Source: Roseibacillus sp.
Lineage (GTDB): Bacteria; Verrucomicrobiota; Verrucomicrobiia; Verrucomicrobiales; Akkermansiaceae
Length of the DNA: 64,000 nt
Direction of reading: 5' to 3'
Assembly (NCBI GenBank): GCA_051251855.1
Contig: JBPOGI010000001.1
Location: 1,376,001 to 1,440,000, forward strand
Shown here: positions 29,109-42,646 of the stretch, in pieces
Position numbering within the stretch: the stretch's first letter is position 1
How the letters are laid out: the number at the start of each line of letters is the position of its first letter
Notes under the pieces: generated by a model
The model's input: the letters and a program-made list of their open reading frames with translations, nothing else
Databases searched by the model: none
What the model was told of the DNA's origin: nothing
Made by a program: the position numbers and the translations under genes

Positions 29109-29630
29109 CTATAGCCCAGAAGACTGCGCTACTTGCTCCGACTTCTTGAAGAGTGAAACGACAGCCTTCACCATCACCCCAAGTCCCCCCACCAAAAACA
29201 AGATGGGAAACCAAATGGAATATCCCGGCGCCTTAGTCTCCTTCTTAAGGACAGCCATCTGAGGGTCCTTAGGATTCACCCAACAGACTTGCTTACTTCC
29301 GACAGGATACTTCGTAACTAAACCGCCAATACGCTGGGCATCCTTCAGCCAAGCATTGCCACGAAGGTCATAATTCTCCGAACTATAGGGCTCCCCATTG
29401 AAGTCGTATCCGAACAGAATTCCTAAGCGGTAATCCATTGGAACCTCCGGCCCTATTCTTCTTTCTCGAATCTCAGACTCGAGGATGAAACAAGGAGTCT
29501 CCTTCCAACCGTCCATCTCTTTGGCACGACCAAAACTGGTTCCAAGTAGCCATGTAAAAACAGCGCCTGACAGAGCCAATAGCAATCCAATCCCTATTAG
29601 GTAAAAACTTCCAGCGGCTCCTTCTTTCAC
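29109..29630 (-). CDS. DUF3592-like membrane protein
   Basis: Two TM segments flanking W..TPC.ILES...YPVGS...CWVNPKDP..AVL. Confidence 0.7.
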   Translation of the reverse strand: MKEGAAGSFYLIGIGLLLALSGAVFTWLLGTSFGRAKEMDGWKETPCFILESEIRERRIGPEVPMDYRLGILFGYDFNGEPYSSENYDLRGNAWLKDAQRIGGLVTKYPVGSKQVCWVNPKDPQMAVLKKETKAPGYSIWFPILFLVGGLGVMVKAVVSLFKKSEQVAQSSGL

Positions 29631-29692
29631 GAGCGGAAACTAGGCTGCTTGCTGAGCTCTGACGAGTGATATTCTCACCTACTCTAGACAAT

Positions 29693-29722
29693 AAAAAAGG
29701 CACCGAATGAACTCGGTGCCTT
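29693..29722 (-). terminator. Rho-independent terminator
   Basis: AAGGCACCGA/TCGGTGCCTT stem with a T-run on the minus strand. Confidence 0.75.
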
Positions 29723-29753
29723 CTGAAATCTTCTGGTTAGACAAAAATGAACT

Positions 29754-32375
29754 TTAACCCTTAGCGGCCTCGCGAAGCTTTCTAATCGCTTCCTTAGCTC
29801 GCTCTTCAGGAGTCATCGGACCGTCTGCCTTCTCCACCTTCTCTTGCTCTTCCGCAGGAGCCACCTTCTTCACCTCTTTCTTCGCGGGAGGCTTTGGAGC
29901 ATCCACCTTCTCAGGAGTAGGAGCTGGGGCAGCTGCTTTTTTGACTTCCTTCTTTTCTGGAGCAACCGCAGGGGCAGCTTCCTTCTTCTCAGGAGCCTTC
30001 ACAGCCTTCTTCACTTCCTCCTTTTTTTCGGGAGTCGGTGCAACCTTCTCTACAGTCTCCTTTTTCTCAGGTGTTGGAGTTGGCTGAGCTACTTCCTTTT
30101 TCTTAGGGGTGGGCTCGGCTGGCACCGCTTTTGGCTTCTCTTCCTTTACTTCCTCTGGCTTTTCTTCGTCAGCTTTGGGAGCAGGGGCTGGCTTGGCCTT
30201 AGGAGCGTCCTTCTTCGCAGGAGCTTCCTCGACCTTCTTCTCAGGGGCTGGCTTGGCCTCAACCTTCTCTTTTGGAGTCGGAGCCGGCTCAACGACCTTC
30301 TTCTTATCCTCTGGCGCTGGGGCAGCCTCAGCTTTTTTCGCTGGGGCAGGTACGGGTTTTACTTCCTCTTTCTTAGACTTCTCTTCGGCCTTGGGCTGCG
30401 CCTTTGCCTTTTCTGCCGGAGCTGGCTTCGCGCCCTCTTTCTTGGCCGCTTCTTTCGGAGCATCCTTCTTTGGAGCTGGAGCCGCCTCAGGCTTTTTCAT
30501 TTCGGCTTGCTTGAGAGCAGGTGCATCTTTCCCCTTCGCCTCTGCAGGCTTCTTGCCTGGCACAGGAAGAACCTTAGGAGTCGCCGCTTTCGCTTTAGGG
30601 TCTTCCTTCTTGGGCTCCTCTTTCTTGGGCTCGGCCTTGGGCTCGGCCTTGGGCTTAGGAGCAGGTGGTTGAACGAACTCCACTTTCGCTTCCGGAAGAT
30701 TCTTACTCAACTCCTCAACGCCAGCCTTGGTCACTTTCGTATTGCTCAGGTAAACATTCTTGAGAGTCGCAGTCTTAGCGAGTTCAGCGATTCCCTCGTC
30801 GGTAACGTCTGTCCCAAAAAGAGAGAGACTTTCCAAATTAGGAAGAACCGCGAGCGTCTTGAGTCCAGCATCGGTCACCTTGGTCTCGTTAAGCATCAAC
30901 TTCTTCAAGTTGATCATGGTGGCCACAGACTTCATTCCCTCGTCCGTTACCGCCGTCTTTTTGACATCCAAATCAACGATGGCGCCCGAGACCGGCTCCA
31001 GTTTGGCCAGACCTTCGTCGCTAAAATCCTTTCCTTGGCTCACAGCTGTGAAGAAGAGATCTTCGGAGTCCTTCGAAGAAAAAGTCAATGCCCCGGGCAT
31101 TACCTTATCAATCGCTCCCTTCGCTTCTTCAACTTGATCGCGACGACTGACCTTTGGCTCTTCTTCTTTTTTCTCAGCGTCTTCAGCCGGTAGCTCTTCA
31201 GAAGCGGCTTCTCTCGCAGGCTTAAAAGCTTCCACATCCGCTAAGATGGTTTCATATCCTGCAACCTCAGAGAGAGGCTTATCCCCCTCTTCGTCAATGA
31301 GAGGAGTGCTATCAATCCACCAAGCGAGAATGCGCTTTTCGCCGTCGGTAAGATGCATTTCAGGCTCATCCTCTTTGCCAGTCGGCATGAACTCGTCATC
31401 ATCAAGATCGAGATGAACTCGAACGATCATCTCACTGTCTTTCGAATTTCCAGGGATGAGAGTCGGGAAGTCTTCCCCTCCTTTTCCTCCTTCGAGGAGC
31501 TTGGCAACCGAAGTCATTTCCAAGCCACCTTTAATCTTCTTCTTACCCAGAGGATTGAGTTCCGCTGGAGCGTGGCACTCCCAGCATTTGCCATACAAGA
31601 TAGGCTTCACCACTTGTGAGTAAACCAAGCGTTCGTTAGCAGGAATATCAGTAACCGCAGGCAACTTGGTAACTTCGTCTTCAGCCACTCCTAGAGGCTC
31701 GCCATTTTTGAGCTTCATGAAGTCGCCCGCAATATCCTTGTCGGTATGAACCATCTCGCCGCCCTTGTGCGCGCCAATCCCCATTGAAACCGCGGCAACG
31801 ATGATAAAGAGAGGGTAAAACGGAGACCACTTCTTTTGGTGATGAGCCCACATCTTCGAGACGAAAGCCAGAACTACGAAGGCCACAAACATGATGGAGA
31901 GCCACATGTGCATCCCCATGCGATTGCCTTCGGCAGCGAACTCAAGAGGAGCGTTCCCGTAGTCACCGCGCAAGAAGTGCAAGTAACCGAACCCTACAGC
32001 AACGATTCCAGATATCGCAGTGAGAAACAGCGCGCCCCGAAGCTGAGGTTTGAACTTCCCGAAAGACAGAATTCCAAAGAACTCCATTGCGAGGACGTAG
32101 ACAAAAAGACCAATCGGAACGTGAAGAACGAGGACGTGCAAGTCGCCGAGCCAAAGCATCCAATCATTAAGAACTGAGGAGTCTGGGGAAACGGCTTTTC
32201 TATCTTCCAAGCCCCAAACATACGGAAATACAAAAAGCCCCACAGCAGCAATAAGCATGAGCAGGGTTAAAAACTTCAGGCCTCCTGAAGATTTCTTAGG
32301 GGATGAATTTTCGTCTTCGGGCTCTGGCACTGCGGCAGCAAAGTCCTCTTCTGGGGTGTCATTTTCTTCGGACAT
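29754..32375 (-). CDS. Membrane protein with planctomycete-type cytochrome c domain, LRRs and a long P/A/K/E tail
   Basis: His-bearing TM domain, CWECH...MP...WWID cytochrome domain, L.L..T.VTD.G LRR units, ~300-aa low-complexity C-terminus. Confidence 0.8.
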   Translation of the reverse strand: MSEENDTPEEDFAAAVPEPEDENSSPKKSSGGLKFLTLLMLIAAVGLFVFPYVWGLEDRKAVSPDSSVLNDWMLWLGDLHVLVLHVPIGLFVYVLAMEFFGILSFGKFKPQLRGALFLTAISGIVAVGFGYLHFLRGDYGNAPLEFAAEGNRMGMHMWLSIMFVAFVVLAFVSKMWAHHQKKWSPFYPLFIIVAAVSMGIGAHKGGEMVHTDKDIAGDFMKLKNGEPLGVAEDEVTKLPAVTDIPANERLVYSQVVKPILYGKCWECHAPAELNPLGKKKIKGGLEMTSVAKLLEGGKGGEDFPTLIPGNSKDSEMIVRVHLDLDDDEFMPTGKEDEPEMHLTDGEKRILAWWIDSTPLIDEEGDKPLSEVAGYETILADVEAFKPAREAASEELPAEDAEKKEEEPKVSRRDQVEEAKGAIDKVMPGALTFSSKDSEDLFFTAVSQGKDFSDEGLAKLEPVSGAIVDLDVKKTAVTDEGMKSVATMINLKKLMLNETKVTDAGLKTLAVLPNLESLSLFGTDVTDEGIAELAKTATLKNVYLSNTKVTKAGVEELSKNLPEAKVEFVQPPAPKPKAEPKAEPKKEEPKKEDPKAKAATPKVLPVPGKKPAEAKGKDAPALKQAEMKKPEAAPAPKKDAPKEAAKKEGAKPAPAEKAKAQPKAEEKSKKEEVKPVPAPAKKAEAAPAPEDKKKVVEPAPTPKEKVEAKPAPEKKVEEAPAKKDAPKAKPAPAPKADEEKPEEVKEEKPKAVPAEPTPKKKEVAQPTPTPEKKETVEKVAPTPEKKEEVKKAVKAPEKKEAAPAVAPEKKEVKKAAAPAPTPEKVDAPKPPAKKEVKKVAPAEEQEKVEKADGPMTPEERAKEAIRKLREAAKG

Positions 32376-32432
32376 AAGGGGTGATTGATTTGTTACGGGC
32401 TATATTTCTCTGACCTTACCAAATCGAACAAG

Positions 32433-32636
32433 CTAATTAATGTCGATGGGCTTTTCCGTGCCCTTTTTCTTGCTGCTTTTCATTCCGACAAAGCGCTTCA
32501 AGTCGAGACCGAGCATTGAAAGCGAATTGATTAGGATAATAAACAAGAGTCCCTCATCAATAAAAGGAACAGGATCAGGGATGGCCAATCCGAAGACGGA
32601 AGCTAAGAGCAAGAGAACGGCAAATACTTTTTTCAT
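32433..32636 (-). CDS. Small membrane protein
   Basis: 67 aa with an IPDPVPFIDE hairpin motif and a basic tail. Confidence 0.6.
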   Translation of the reverse strand: MKKVFAVLLLLASVFGLAIPDPVPFIDEGLLFIILINSLSMLGLDLKRFVGMKSSKKKGTEKPIDIN

Positions 32637-32817
32637 GTCGATAATCTGGGTGATTTCGAGCCTTTAGACAAACAGAACTCCTGCCAAGGCACTACAAATT
32701 CGTCGAAAAATTGCATCGAATCGTCCGATTCAACCAATTGCCGTCGTTTTTTCATTTCACAATGGCCAATTTTACCTCAGTTTCCGCGCCCCGCCGGTGA
32801 GAGCCCGGCCCGTCTTT

Positions 32818-34164
32818 ATGAATATCTCGGTTCAAAAACAGCCCCAATGCCAAGCGACCCTCGAAGTGGAAATCCCAGCCGATGTGGTCTCCACCGAACG
32901 GAAACAGCTTTTGCAGAATTACGTCAGTCAGGCCAGCATCCCAGGCTTTCGCCCTGGCAAAGCCCCACTGAAGGTCATCGAAAAGCGCTTCGGTGCCTCC
33001 ATCAACGAAGAATTGGATGGTCGCCTCATGGACAAGGCCTTTCAAACGGCCCTCAAGGAGGACGAAAGCCTTAAGGTAATCGATGTCAAATGGCCCGACA
33101 CTCTCGACCATAATGACAGTGGTTCTGCGACCCTCAAAGCAAACCTGATTCTCGCTCCTGAGTTCACTCTTCCCCCTTACACAGGCCTCACCGTCGAAGT
33201 CCCTAAACAGGAAGTAACCCCTGAGTTAGTCGAGCAAGAGCTCAATACTCTCCGTGAGCGTCACTCCGACTTCGCCGATGTTGAAGATCGCGCGGTGCAA
33301 GAAGATGATATTGTCGTCATCGACTACACCGGCACTTGTGACGGTAAGCCTGTCTCAGAAGTCGCTGGCCAACCCGTCCCTCAAGTCGAAACCGGTGAAG
33401 ACTTTTGGCTCAAGGTCGACGAGGAATCCTTCCTTCCCGGCTTTGCAACCCAACTTGTCGATTTGAAAGTCGGCGATAGCAAAGAAGTCACCGTCTCCCT
33501 TCAAGAAGACTTCCCTCTTGAACCTCTTCGCGAAAAAGACCTCGTTTTCCAAGTCACCGTCAAAGGTATCAAGGAGCAGAAGCTTCCCGAAGACGACGCC
33601 CTTGTCGAAGCTCTTATGCCTGGTGGCTCAATGGATGACATCAAGGAGACCATCGAGTCCCAGATGCGCTTCCAAATCAACAAGCAGTTGGAAGAGTTCA
33701 AGGAAAGTAAACTCCTCGAACAGATTGCCACAGCTGTCGACTTCGAGCTTCCAGAAGAATACGTTGCTTCCGAGACTCAAGGCCAAGCTGATCGTCTCGT
33801 TGAAGACGCGGTGAAGCAAGGAATGAGCGAGGAGCAACTCCAAGCAGAGCAGGAGAAAATCTTCGAAACCGCCGGTGAGCGCGCTCGCAACAATCTCAAG
33901 GTTCAGTTCCTCCTCGGCGAAATTGCCCAAGAGGAAAAAATCAAAGTGCCTGAGAACGAGCTACTGCAAGCCATCACTAGTATGGCCAAGCGCGAAGGCA
34001 AGCCCCTCAAGGCATTTATCAAACAATTGCAGCGTGAGCGCCGTATTGATTCCCTCCGAAACCAAATGCTGATCGGCAAGACCGTTGACTTCTTGCTAGA
34101 GAGCGCGAACTTCGTTGAAGTTGAACCAACTGAAAATGACAGTGAATCAAAATCCGATGACTAA
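32818..34164 (+). CDS. tig: Trigger factor
   Basis: [10 protein letters not shown] signature and FKBP domain. Start MNISVQ. Confidence 0.95.
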   Translation: MNISVQKQPQCQATLEVEIPADVVSTERKQLLQNYVSQASIPGFRPGKAPLKVIEKRFGASINEELDGRLMDKAFQTALKEDESLKVIDVKWPDTLDHNDSGSATLKANLILAPEFTLPPYTGLTVEVPKQEVTPELVEQELNTLRERHSDFADVEDRAVQEDDIVVIDYTGTCDGKPVSEVAGQPVPQVETGEDFWLKVDEESFLPGFATQLVDLKVGDSKEVTVSLQEDFPLEPLREKDLVFQVTVKGIKEQKLPEDDALVEALMPGGSMDDIKETIESQMRFQINKQLEEFKESKLLEQIATAVDFELPEEYVASETQGQADRLVEDAVKQGMSEEQLQAEQEKIFETAGERARNNLKVQFLLGEIAQEEKIKVPENELLQAITSMAKREGKPLKAFIKQLQRERRIDSLRNQMLIGKTVDFLLESANFVEVEPTENDSESKSDD

Positions 34165-34801
34165 TTCCTCCGCCGGCGTCCCTAGTAACAACTACTACGT
34201 CCCTACTGTAATTGAGCAAGATGGCCGCGGTGAGCGTGCCTTCGACGTTTACTCGCGCCTTCTCAAGGACCGCATCATCTTTATCGGCGTCGGTATCGAT
34301 GACTACGTGGCCAACTCAGTGATTGCTCAGTTGCTCTTTTTGCAGATGCAGGATCCTAAGAAGGACATCCACATCTACATCAACTCCCCCGGCGGCTCCG
34401 TAACCGCGGGCCTAGCCATCTACGACACCATGCAGTTCATTACATGCGACGTGAACACCTATTGCATCGGAATCGCTGCTTCTATGGGAGCAGTCCTCCT
34501 AACAGCCGGAACCAAGGGCAAGCGCTTCTGCCTTCCTAACTCTCACGTCATGATTCACCAAGTCTCTGGCGGAGCACAAGGCACCGCTTCAGACGTAGAG
34601 CGAACCATTGGCTTTATGTTCAACTTGAAGCAACGCCTCAATCGCATTCTTTCTGAGCATACTGGGAAGACAATTGAAGAAGTAGAGCGCGATGCAGACC
34701 GAGACAACTATATGACCAGTGAGGAATCAGCTGCATACGGACTTGTCGACAAAGTTCTCGAAAATCGAACCGAGCATCCCGTGATCGCTCCTGCCGAATA
34801 G
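34157..34801 (+). CDS. clpP: ATP-dependent Clp protease proteolytic subunit
   Basis: [35 protein letters not shown]. Confidence 0.97.
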   Translation: MTNSSAGVPSNNYYVPTVIEQDGRGERAFDVYSRLLKDRIIFIGVGIDDYVANSVIAQLLFLQMQDPKKDIHIYINSPGGSVTAGLAIYDTMQFITCDVNTYCIGIAASMGAVLLTAGTKGKRFCLPNSHVMIHQVSGGAQGTASDVERTIGFMFNLKQRLNRILSEHTGKTIEEVERDADRDNYMTSEESAAYGLVDKVLENRTEHPVIAPAE

Positions 34802-34828
34802 AGCGAGCTCCAAGACCTTACTTTTAAG

Positions 34829-34858
34829 AAGCCCGGGCATCACGTTCGGGCTTTTTTT
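34829..34858 (+). terminator. Rho-independent terminator
   Basis: AAGCCCGG...TTCGGGCTTTTTTT. Confidence 0.75.
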
Positions 34859-35188
34859 GATCCCCGATTCCGCCGGAGGCTCGACTTCAGACGACTGGCT
34901 CTGGTTTGATGGCACGCATTTGTTTGATGGCACGCATTTCTCTCAAGCCACAAGAACCAATCCGAGTAGAGAGCCCGTCTGGACATCCTGAATGGGGAAG
35001 GTCGGCAACCTTCGAGACCTGCAACCCACGAGGTCGCCTAGCTCAACTCCTACGAATCGTAGTCCGCAGGAAATCATCCTAGCCTGAATTCGAAAATCGA
35101 AACAATGGTCGACAACTAAAGTCGCCCTTCCCTTCCACAAAAGGCGAATCTTAGCCTATCGGGATCGGACAACCATCGAAATATTCGA

Positions 35189-35548
35189 CTACCACTTCAG
35201 CTCGATAAACTCAGCCTGATTGATTCCATCAGTTACGTTAGGCTGAATATTCTCAGGAACCTCAAAACGAGGAATCTCAGCAATTTGAGTAACCTGAGTT
35301 GGATCCGGAGTGAGCGGGTCAAATGCCTTCTCCTTAGGAGTCGTCGGAGTCGGAGTCGGAGTCGAAGTCGGGGTGGTCTTCGGCTTCGTAGTCTTCTTTG
35401 GGCGATAAGTTCTTTTCTTTGGCTTACTGACCACGGTCGGGGCCTTTTTCTCTACCACTGGAGGAAGTGTTTTCACTGTTGGAGTGTTTTGCTGACAGCT
35501 TGTGCCTAAGAAGGCTACAAGGGGGATGACTGAGAGGAGTTTTTTCAT
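35189..35548 (-). CDS. Putative lipoprotein with a Pro/Thr/Lys-rich linker
   Basis: MKKLL...LGTSC lipobox-like signal, TPTPTPT run. Confidence 0.65.
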   Translation of the reverse strand: MKKLLSVIPLVAFLGTSCQQNTPTVKTLPPVVEKKAPTVVSKPKKRTYRPKKTTKPKTTPTSTPTPTPTTPKEKAFDPLTPDPTQVTQIAEIPRFEVPENIQPNVTDGINQAEFIELKW

Positions 35549-35616
35549 AAGCAACTGTCGTTAAGACGAAGGACCCAAGTAATGAATTCAATCTTTCATA
35601 CCAGTAAAAAAAGTAA

Positions 35617-36132
<516 letters not shown>

Positions 36133-36156
36133 TTTTCCTTTCCTCTATTTTCGAAG

Positions 36157-36187
36157 AAGGCCAACCACTGCGGTTGGCCTTTTTTTG
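36157..36187 (+). terminator. Rho-independent terminator
   Basis: AAGGCCAACC-ACTGC-GGTTGGCCTT followed by a T-run. Confidence 0.85.
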
Positions 36188-36321
36188 TGAGGGTGGAAGC
36201 CCGCTGCTCAACGAGACTGAGAATGGAAGACAACCAAGCTGGTCACTTTCTGACCACCGCTAGGTCAAGGAACATCCAAAATCCATTTTCCGATTGCCAA
36301 AGAATGGCATAGTCTCTCCCC

Positions 36322-36741
36322 GTGCTCGGTTCCGATCCCATCAATCTCCATTTTCACATTCCTGCTTCTGACCATCTCGGACGTGAGGAAGTACAAGGAC
36401 AGCTGCGCTTTCACGCCGATCACATCGACCTTCACTGGCGACTCAAAGGCAACGTCTTCACCGGCGGACCGGGAGAGATGAAACTCATCGAAATCCCCTA
36501 TCCCGTGGTTGCCGAAGTCACCATGAAACGGCGCTGGTTTCGACCCGCACTACTCATTCTTAGGCTCGACACCCCCGAACTCGTGGCTGAAATCCCAGGC
36601 ATCGAGGTAGGAAGGATGACCCTTCATATCGACCCTCAATCCAAAGAAGCCGTCAGCAAAGTCCACGACCTCATCGACTATCGGCGCTCTCTCTTTGTCC
36701 TCGATGAGACTAACAAGCGCCTCGATTCCATGCGCGGCTAA
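36322..36741 (+). CDS. Hypothetical protein
   Basis: 139-aa ORF filling the gap, same codon style as neighbours. Confidence 0.6.
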   Translation: MLGSDPINLHFHIPASDHLGREEVQGQLRFHADHIDLHWRLKGNVFTGGPGEMKLIEIPYPVVAEVTMKRRWFRPALLILRLDTPELVAEIPGIEVGRMTLHIDPQSKEAVSKVHDLIDYRRSLFVLDETNKRLDSMRG

Positions 36742-36756
36742 TCGCACTAAAAACCC

Positions 36757-37767
36757 GTGTCCATTCTTCGCCTCACCCTCAGCCTTAGCCCTCTGTTTCT
36801 AGCTAGCTGTAGTTCATTCTCTTTTTATACCCAAGCATTTCGCGGTCAGACCGAGATCACCTTCGGACGCCGCGCAGTTGCCTCAGTCATCGCCGACCCC
36901 GCGACCGACGCTAAGCTTGCAGCCAAACTTAGACTCACGCAAAAGCTCGTCGATTTCGCGGAGCAGGAACTCGCCCTCGACGCCTCCGGTTCCTATCGCC
37001 ACTACCGAGACCTCAAGCGTGATCACGTCGTCTATATCGTTCATGCAGCCCCCGAGTTCTCGCTCGAACCCAAAACTTGGTGGTATCCCGTTGTTGGAGC
37101 CCAAGATTATCGGGGTTACTTCAAAAAAGAAGACGCTCAATCTCTTATCAACGAGCTCAAGGCAGAAGGCCTCGACACCTACACAGGCGGCGTCAATGCC
37201 TACTCAACTCTCGGATTTTTCAACGATCCCATCCTCAACACTTTCATTGATTACCCCGAAGTTGACCTTGCCGAGCTCATTTTTCATGAACTTACCCATC
37301 ACCGATATTACGAGAAAGACGAAACTCCTTTCAACGAAGCCCTCGCCGAAGTCGTAGCCCGCGAAGGCACCCGCCGCTGGCTCAAGCAAAAGGGAGACGC
37401 CAAAGCCCTTGCCAAGTATGAACTCAGGTTGGAGCGACGCTCCCAAATTCGGAAAGCGATCGAGAACACCGTCGTCGGCCTCGAAAAAATCTACCAATCG
37501 CTTACAACGACCGACGAAAAGCGCCGCCAGAAGAACGCTGAAATCGAAGCGCTCCGCAAGGCTGTCAAACAACTCTACGCCGGCTGGCAGCAAAAGCCCT
37601 CCAACTTCCTATCCACCCCTCTCAACAATGCGCGCCTCAACGCCTTCACCACCTACGAATCACTTGTTCCGCCGCTCAAAAAACGACTTGCGAGCCACAA
37701 CGGCGACTTAGAAGCCTTTTTTGAGGATATCCAAGCCAACGGTAAAGAGCCGAATCCCCGCCCCTGA
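36757..37767 (+). CDS. Putative zinc aminopeptidase lipoprotein
   Basis: LASC lipobox, WWYPVVG...YRGYF, AYSTLG.F.DP, FHELTH...FNEALA. Confidence 0.8.
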   Translation: MSILRLTLSLSPLFLASCSSFSFYTQAFRGQTEITFGRRAVASVIADPATDAKLAAKLRLTQKLVDFAEQELALDASGSYRHYRDLKRDHVVYIVHAAPEFSLEPKTWWYPVVGAQDYRGYFKKEDAQSLINELKAEGLDTYTGGVNAYSTLGFFNDPILNTFIDYPEVDLAELIFHELTHHRYYEKDETPFNEALAEVVAREGTRRWLKQKGDAKALAKYELRLERRSQIRKAIENTVVGLEKIYQSLTTTDEKRRQKNAEIEALRKAVKQLYAGWQQKPSNFLSTPLNNARLNAFTTYESLVPPLKKRLASHNGDLEAFFEDIQANGKEPNPRP

Positions 37768-37800
37768 CTTGACAGAACCGAGTTTCGCGCAAGACTAATG

Positions 37801-40111
<2,311 letters not shown>

Positions 40112-40147
40112 TTTCCTCGAAAGAGGAAGCATTGATTAACAGATAGA

Positions 40148-40173
40148 GGGGCGGCATTTATTGCCGCCCTTTT
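40148..40173 (+). terminator. Rho-independent terminator
   Basis: GGGCGGCA/TGCCGCCC followed by TTTT. Confidence 0.65.
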
Positions 40174-40266
40174 CACTGCAGAAGACAACAGTGAACAAAA
40201 AAGCCATCTGCAGCTCATCGTAGGCGCACCCCAACGGAATCTGCTCATCACCTCACGGCTAGACCT

Positions 40267-40644
40267 CTAGTCGAGAATCACGACCTTGCCCTGCACTCCT
40301 TGAGCGGCAGCTTCAGCGCGTGCTTGAGCTTCGTGTTGCTCAGGAGAACAAGATGAATCAATCGGCGCATCTGCAGCCTCTTCACTGTGAGAAATCAAAT
40401 TTTGCTCTACCATCCAGCTCTCCACTTCTTCTCCGCTCACATCAGCCAGCATCGTTCCGTTCACCTCCACACAAGGAGAAAGAGGCTGCCCACTCTTCAT
40501 CTCCATCTCCATGCGCATAGCTGGATTCTTAATGATGTCCTTTTCTTCCCACTCAAGGCTATATTTACGGAGGACAGCGCGCACGCCTTCACTCCAGCCA
40601 CAGTAAGTCTTCAGATAACACACGATTTTTGGTTGGTCGCTCAT
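40267..40644 (-). CDS. Monothiol glutaredoxin-like protein
   Basis: YLKTYCGWS, SGQPLSPCVEVNG. Confidence 0.75.
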   Translation of the reverse strand: MSDQPKIVCYLKTYCGWSEGVRAVLRKYSLEWEEKDIIKNPAMRMEMEMKSGQPLSPCVEVNGTMLADVSGEEVESWMVEQNLISHSEEAADAPIDSSCSPEQHEAQARAEAAAQGVQGKVVILD

Positions 40645-40727
40645 GAGGACTAAACTACCCCGATTTTAGAAAACCTCAAGCGTGCTTCCCGCTCGTTTCC
40701 CCACAAAAAATAACTACCCTTCTTCCC

Positions 40728-41381
40728 GTGGACCGACCTCGTATTCTCATTAATTTCGCCATCTCAGCCGATGGCAAGATCGGAACCTCACAAAAAGGCC
40801 CTTCCCGCTTCACATCCAAAGCCGATCTCGACCGTTTGCTCCAGATACGGCTCCGGGCCGACGCCATTCTTGTGGGGCGCGGAACCTTGGAAGCCGACGA
40901 AATGTCGATGACCATCCCCGCTGAACTCAACCCTCCCAAACAACCTCTCCGTTGCATTATCTCCCGCTCAGGAAAGTTCGATTCCGCCCACAAAGTTTTT
41001 CATAGCCCCGGTGGCGATATTCATCTCATTGCCACAGACACCAAAGAGCCCTTCGACGAAATTCCGCACACCATCCCGCATCTTTGCTCTCTCGAGGACT
41101 TTCTCGCCCGAGCAAAGAACGAACTTGGAGTAGAAACTCTCCTTTGCGAAGGCGGTGGTTCACTCGTCAAAGACCTCTTCGCCATCGACGCTATCGACGA
41201 AATCAATCTCACCCTCGCCGGCCACTCCCTCATCGGCGGAAAAAACGCACCGACCATCACCGGAATTCCTAGTGACTTCCTACCCACCTCTCGCGACTTC
41301 AAAATCACCCACTTCGAACCCACCGAGGACGGTGAACTCTTTGCAACTTGGTCTCGAGAGGAGACGACTACTTCGCCTTGA
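40728..41381 (+). CDS. RibD C-terminal-like reductase
   Basis: AISADGKI, DAILVGRGT, LLCEGGGSL. Confidence 0.85.
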   Translation: MDRPRILINFAISADGKIGTSQKGPSRFTSKADLDRLLQIRLRADAILVGRGTLEADEMSMTIPAELNPPKQPLRCIISRSGKFDSAHKVFHSPGGDIHLIATDTKEPFDEIPHTIPHLCSLEDFLARAKNELGVETLLCEGGGSLVKDLFAIDAIDEINLTLAGHSLIGGKNAPTITGIPSDFLPTSRDFKITHFEPTEDGELFATWSREETTTSP

Positions 41382-42645
41382 TCTGCCCTTCACCGCGCAA
41401 GCGATACTGGTAACTCGTCAACTCACGTAGAGCCATCGGCCCACGCGCGTGAAGTTTGTCGGTCGAAATTCCAATCTCGGCCCCGAAACCAAACTCTTCC
41501 CCATCACTAAACCGAGTGGAAAGGTTATGAAAAGCACACGCCGAATCCACACCACGCAAGAAGCGCTCCGCCTCATCATGGTCTTCCGTGACAATGCAAT
41601 CACTGTGCTTGGAGCCATATTGATTCACATGTGCCATCGCCTCTTCCACTGAGCTCACCACTTTCACTGCAAGAATGTAATCGAGATACTCCATCTCCCA
41701 ATCCTCTTCCGTCGCCAGCTTTACGCGCTCGCCAAGAATCGCCTGCGTCTGCTCATCACCACGCAACTCGACCTTCTTCGCCTCAAGCGCCGCTGCCACC
41801 AGTGGCAAAAATTCTGCCGCCACTGACTCGTCAACGAGCAAGGTCTCCAGTGCATTGCAAACACTTGGCTTCTGAGTCTTGGAGTCTACCGCGATATCCA
41901 CAGCCTTCGCAAAGTCAGCCTTCGCAGCCACATAGACATGGCAGATGCCATCGTAATGCTTAATCACCGGCATTCGCGCTAAGGAAACAACCGTCTCAAT
42001 GAGACCCTTGCCACCGCGTGGAATAATCAAATCGAGATACTGGTCCATACCCGCCATCACCTTCACACTCTCTCGGTCAGTAAAGGGAATAAGCTGAATC
42101 GCATTCGCAGGAAGCCCCGCCTTCTCACCACCCTCTTGCAGAGCCTTCGCAATGGCACGGTTCGAGTGAATCGCCTCACTACCACCTCGCAAAATCGTCG
42201 CATTTCCACTTTTCAAGCAAAGCACTGCCGCGTCACTCGTCACGTTAGGACGACTCTCATAAATGATTCCAATCACCCCAATCGGCACTCGAACCTGCTC
42301 AATCGAAAACCCCTGAGGATGTTCCCACTGTGCCAGTTGCTCACCCACCGGATCATTCAGACCAGCTACCTTCTCGATGCCCGCGGCGACTGCCTCCAAG
42401 CGAGCCTCATCAAGCCGCAATCGGTCTAGCATCGCCGAAGAAAGCTCCCGCTCTTCTCCTGCTGCAATGTCCTTGGCATTCGCAGCCAAAACCTCAACCG
42501 CGTGCTCTCGAAGCTCCCGCGCCATGGCTCGCAAGATCTCGTTCTTCTTATCCGCACTTAGAATTGCCAACTCCAAAGCCGCTGCGCGCGCCTTCTTCCC
42601 CATCGCCAAAACCTGTTCTGTTACTTCTTCCGTGGTCATCGCCAT
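41368..42645 (-). CDS. proA: Gamma-glutamyl phosphate reductase
   Basis: IYESRPNVT, VCNALETLL, GAEIGISTDKLHARGPM. Confidence 0.97.
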   Translation of the reverse strand: MAMTTEEVTEQVLAMGKKARAAALELAILSADKKNEILRAMARELREHAVEVLAANAKDIAAGEERELSSAMLDRLRLDEARLEAVAAGIEKVAGLNDPVGEQLAQWEHPQGFSIEQVRVPIGVIGIIYESRPNVTSDAAVLCLKSGNATILRGGSEAIHSNRAIAKALQEGGEKAGLPANAIQLIPFTDRESVKVMAGMDQYLDLIIPRGGKGLIETVVSLARMPVIKHYDGICHVYVAAKADFAKAVDIAVDSKTQKPSVCNALETLLVDESVAAEFLPLVAAALEAKKVELRGDEQTQAILGERVKLATEEDWEMEYLDYILAVKVVSSVEEAMAHVNQYGSKHSDCIVTEDHDEAERFLRGVDSACAFHNLSTRFSDGEEFGFGAEIGISTDKLHARGPMALRELTSYQYRLRGEGQIKAK

Positions 42646-42646
42646 T

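Noticed and set aside
29844..31193. 449-aa plus-strand Leu/Phe/Arg-rich ORF
   Set aside because: Antisense to the low-complexity tail of the cytochrome/LRR gene; a compositional artefact.
34904..34939. 18-bp tandem duplication GTTTGATGGCACGCATTT as a sigma54 promoter
   Set aside because: Has TGGCACG but no correctly spaced TTGC and no downstream plus-strand gene; likely a local duplication.
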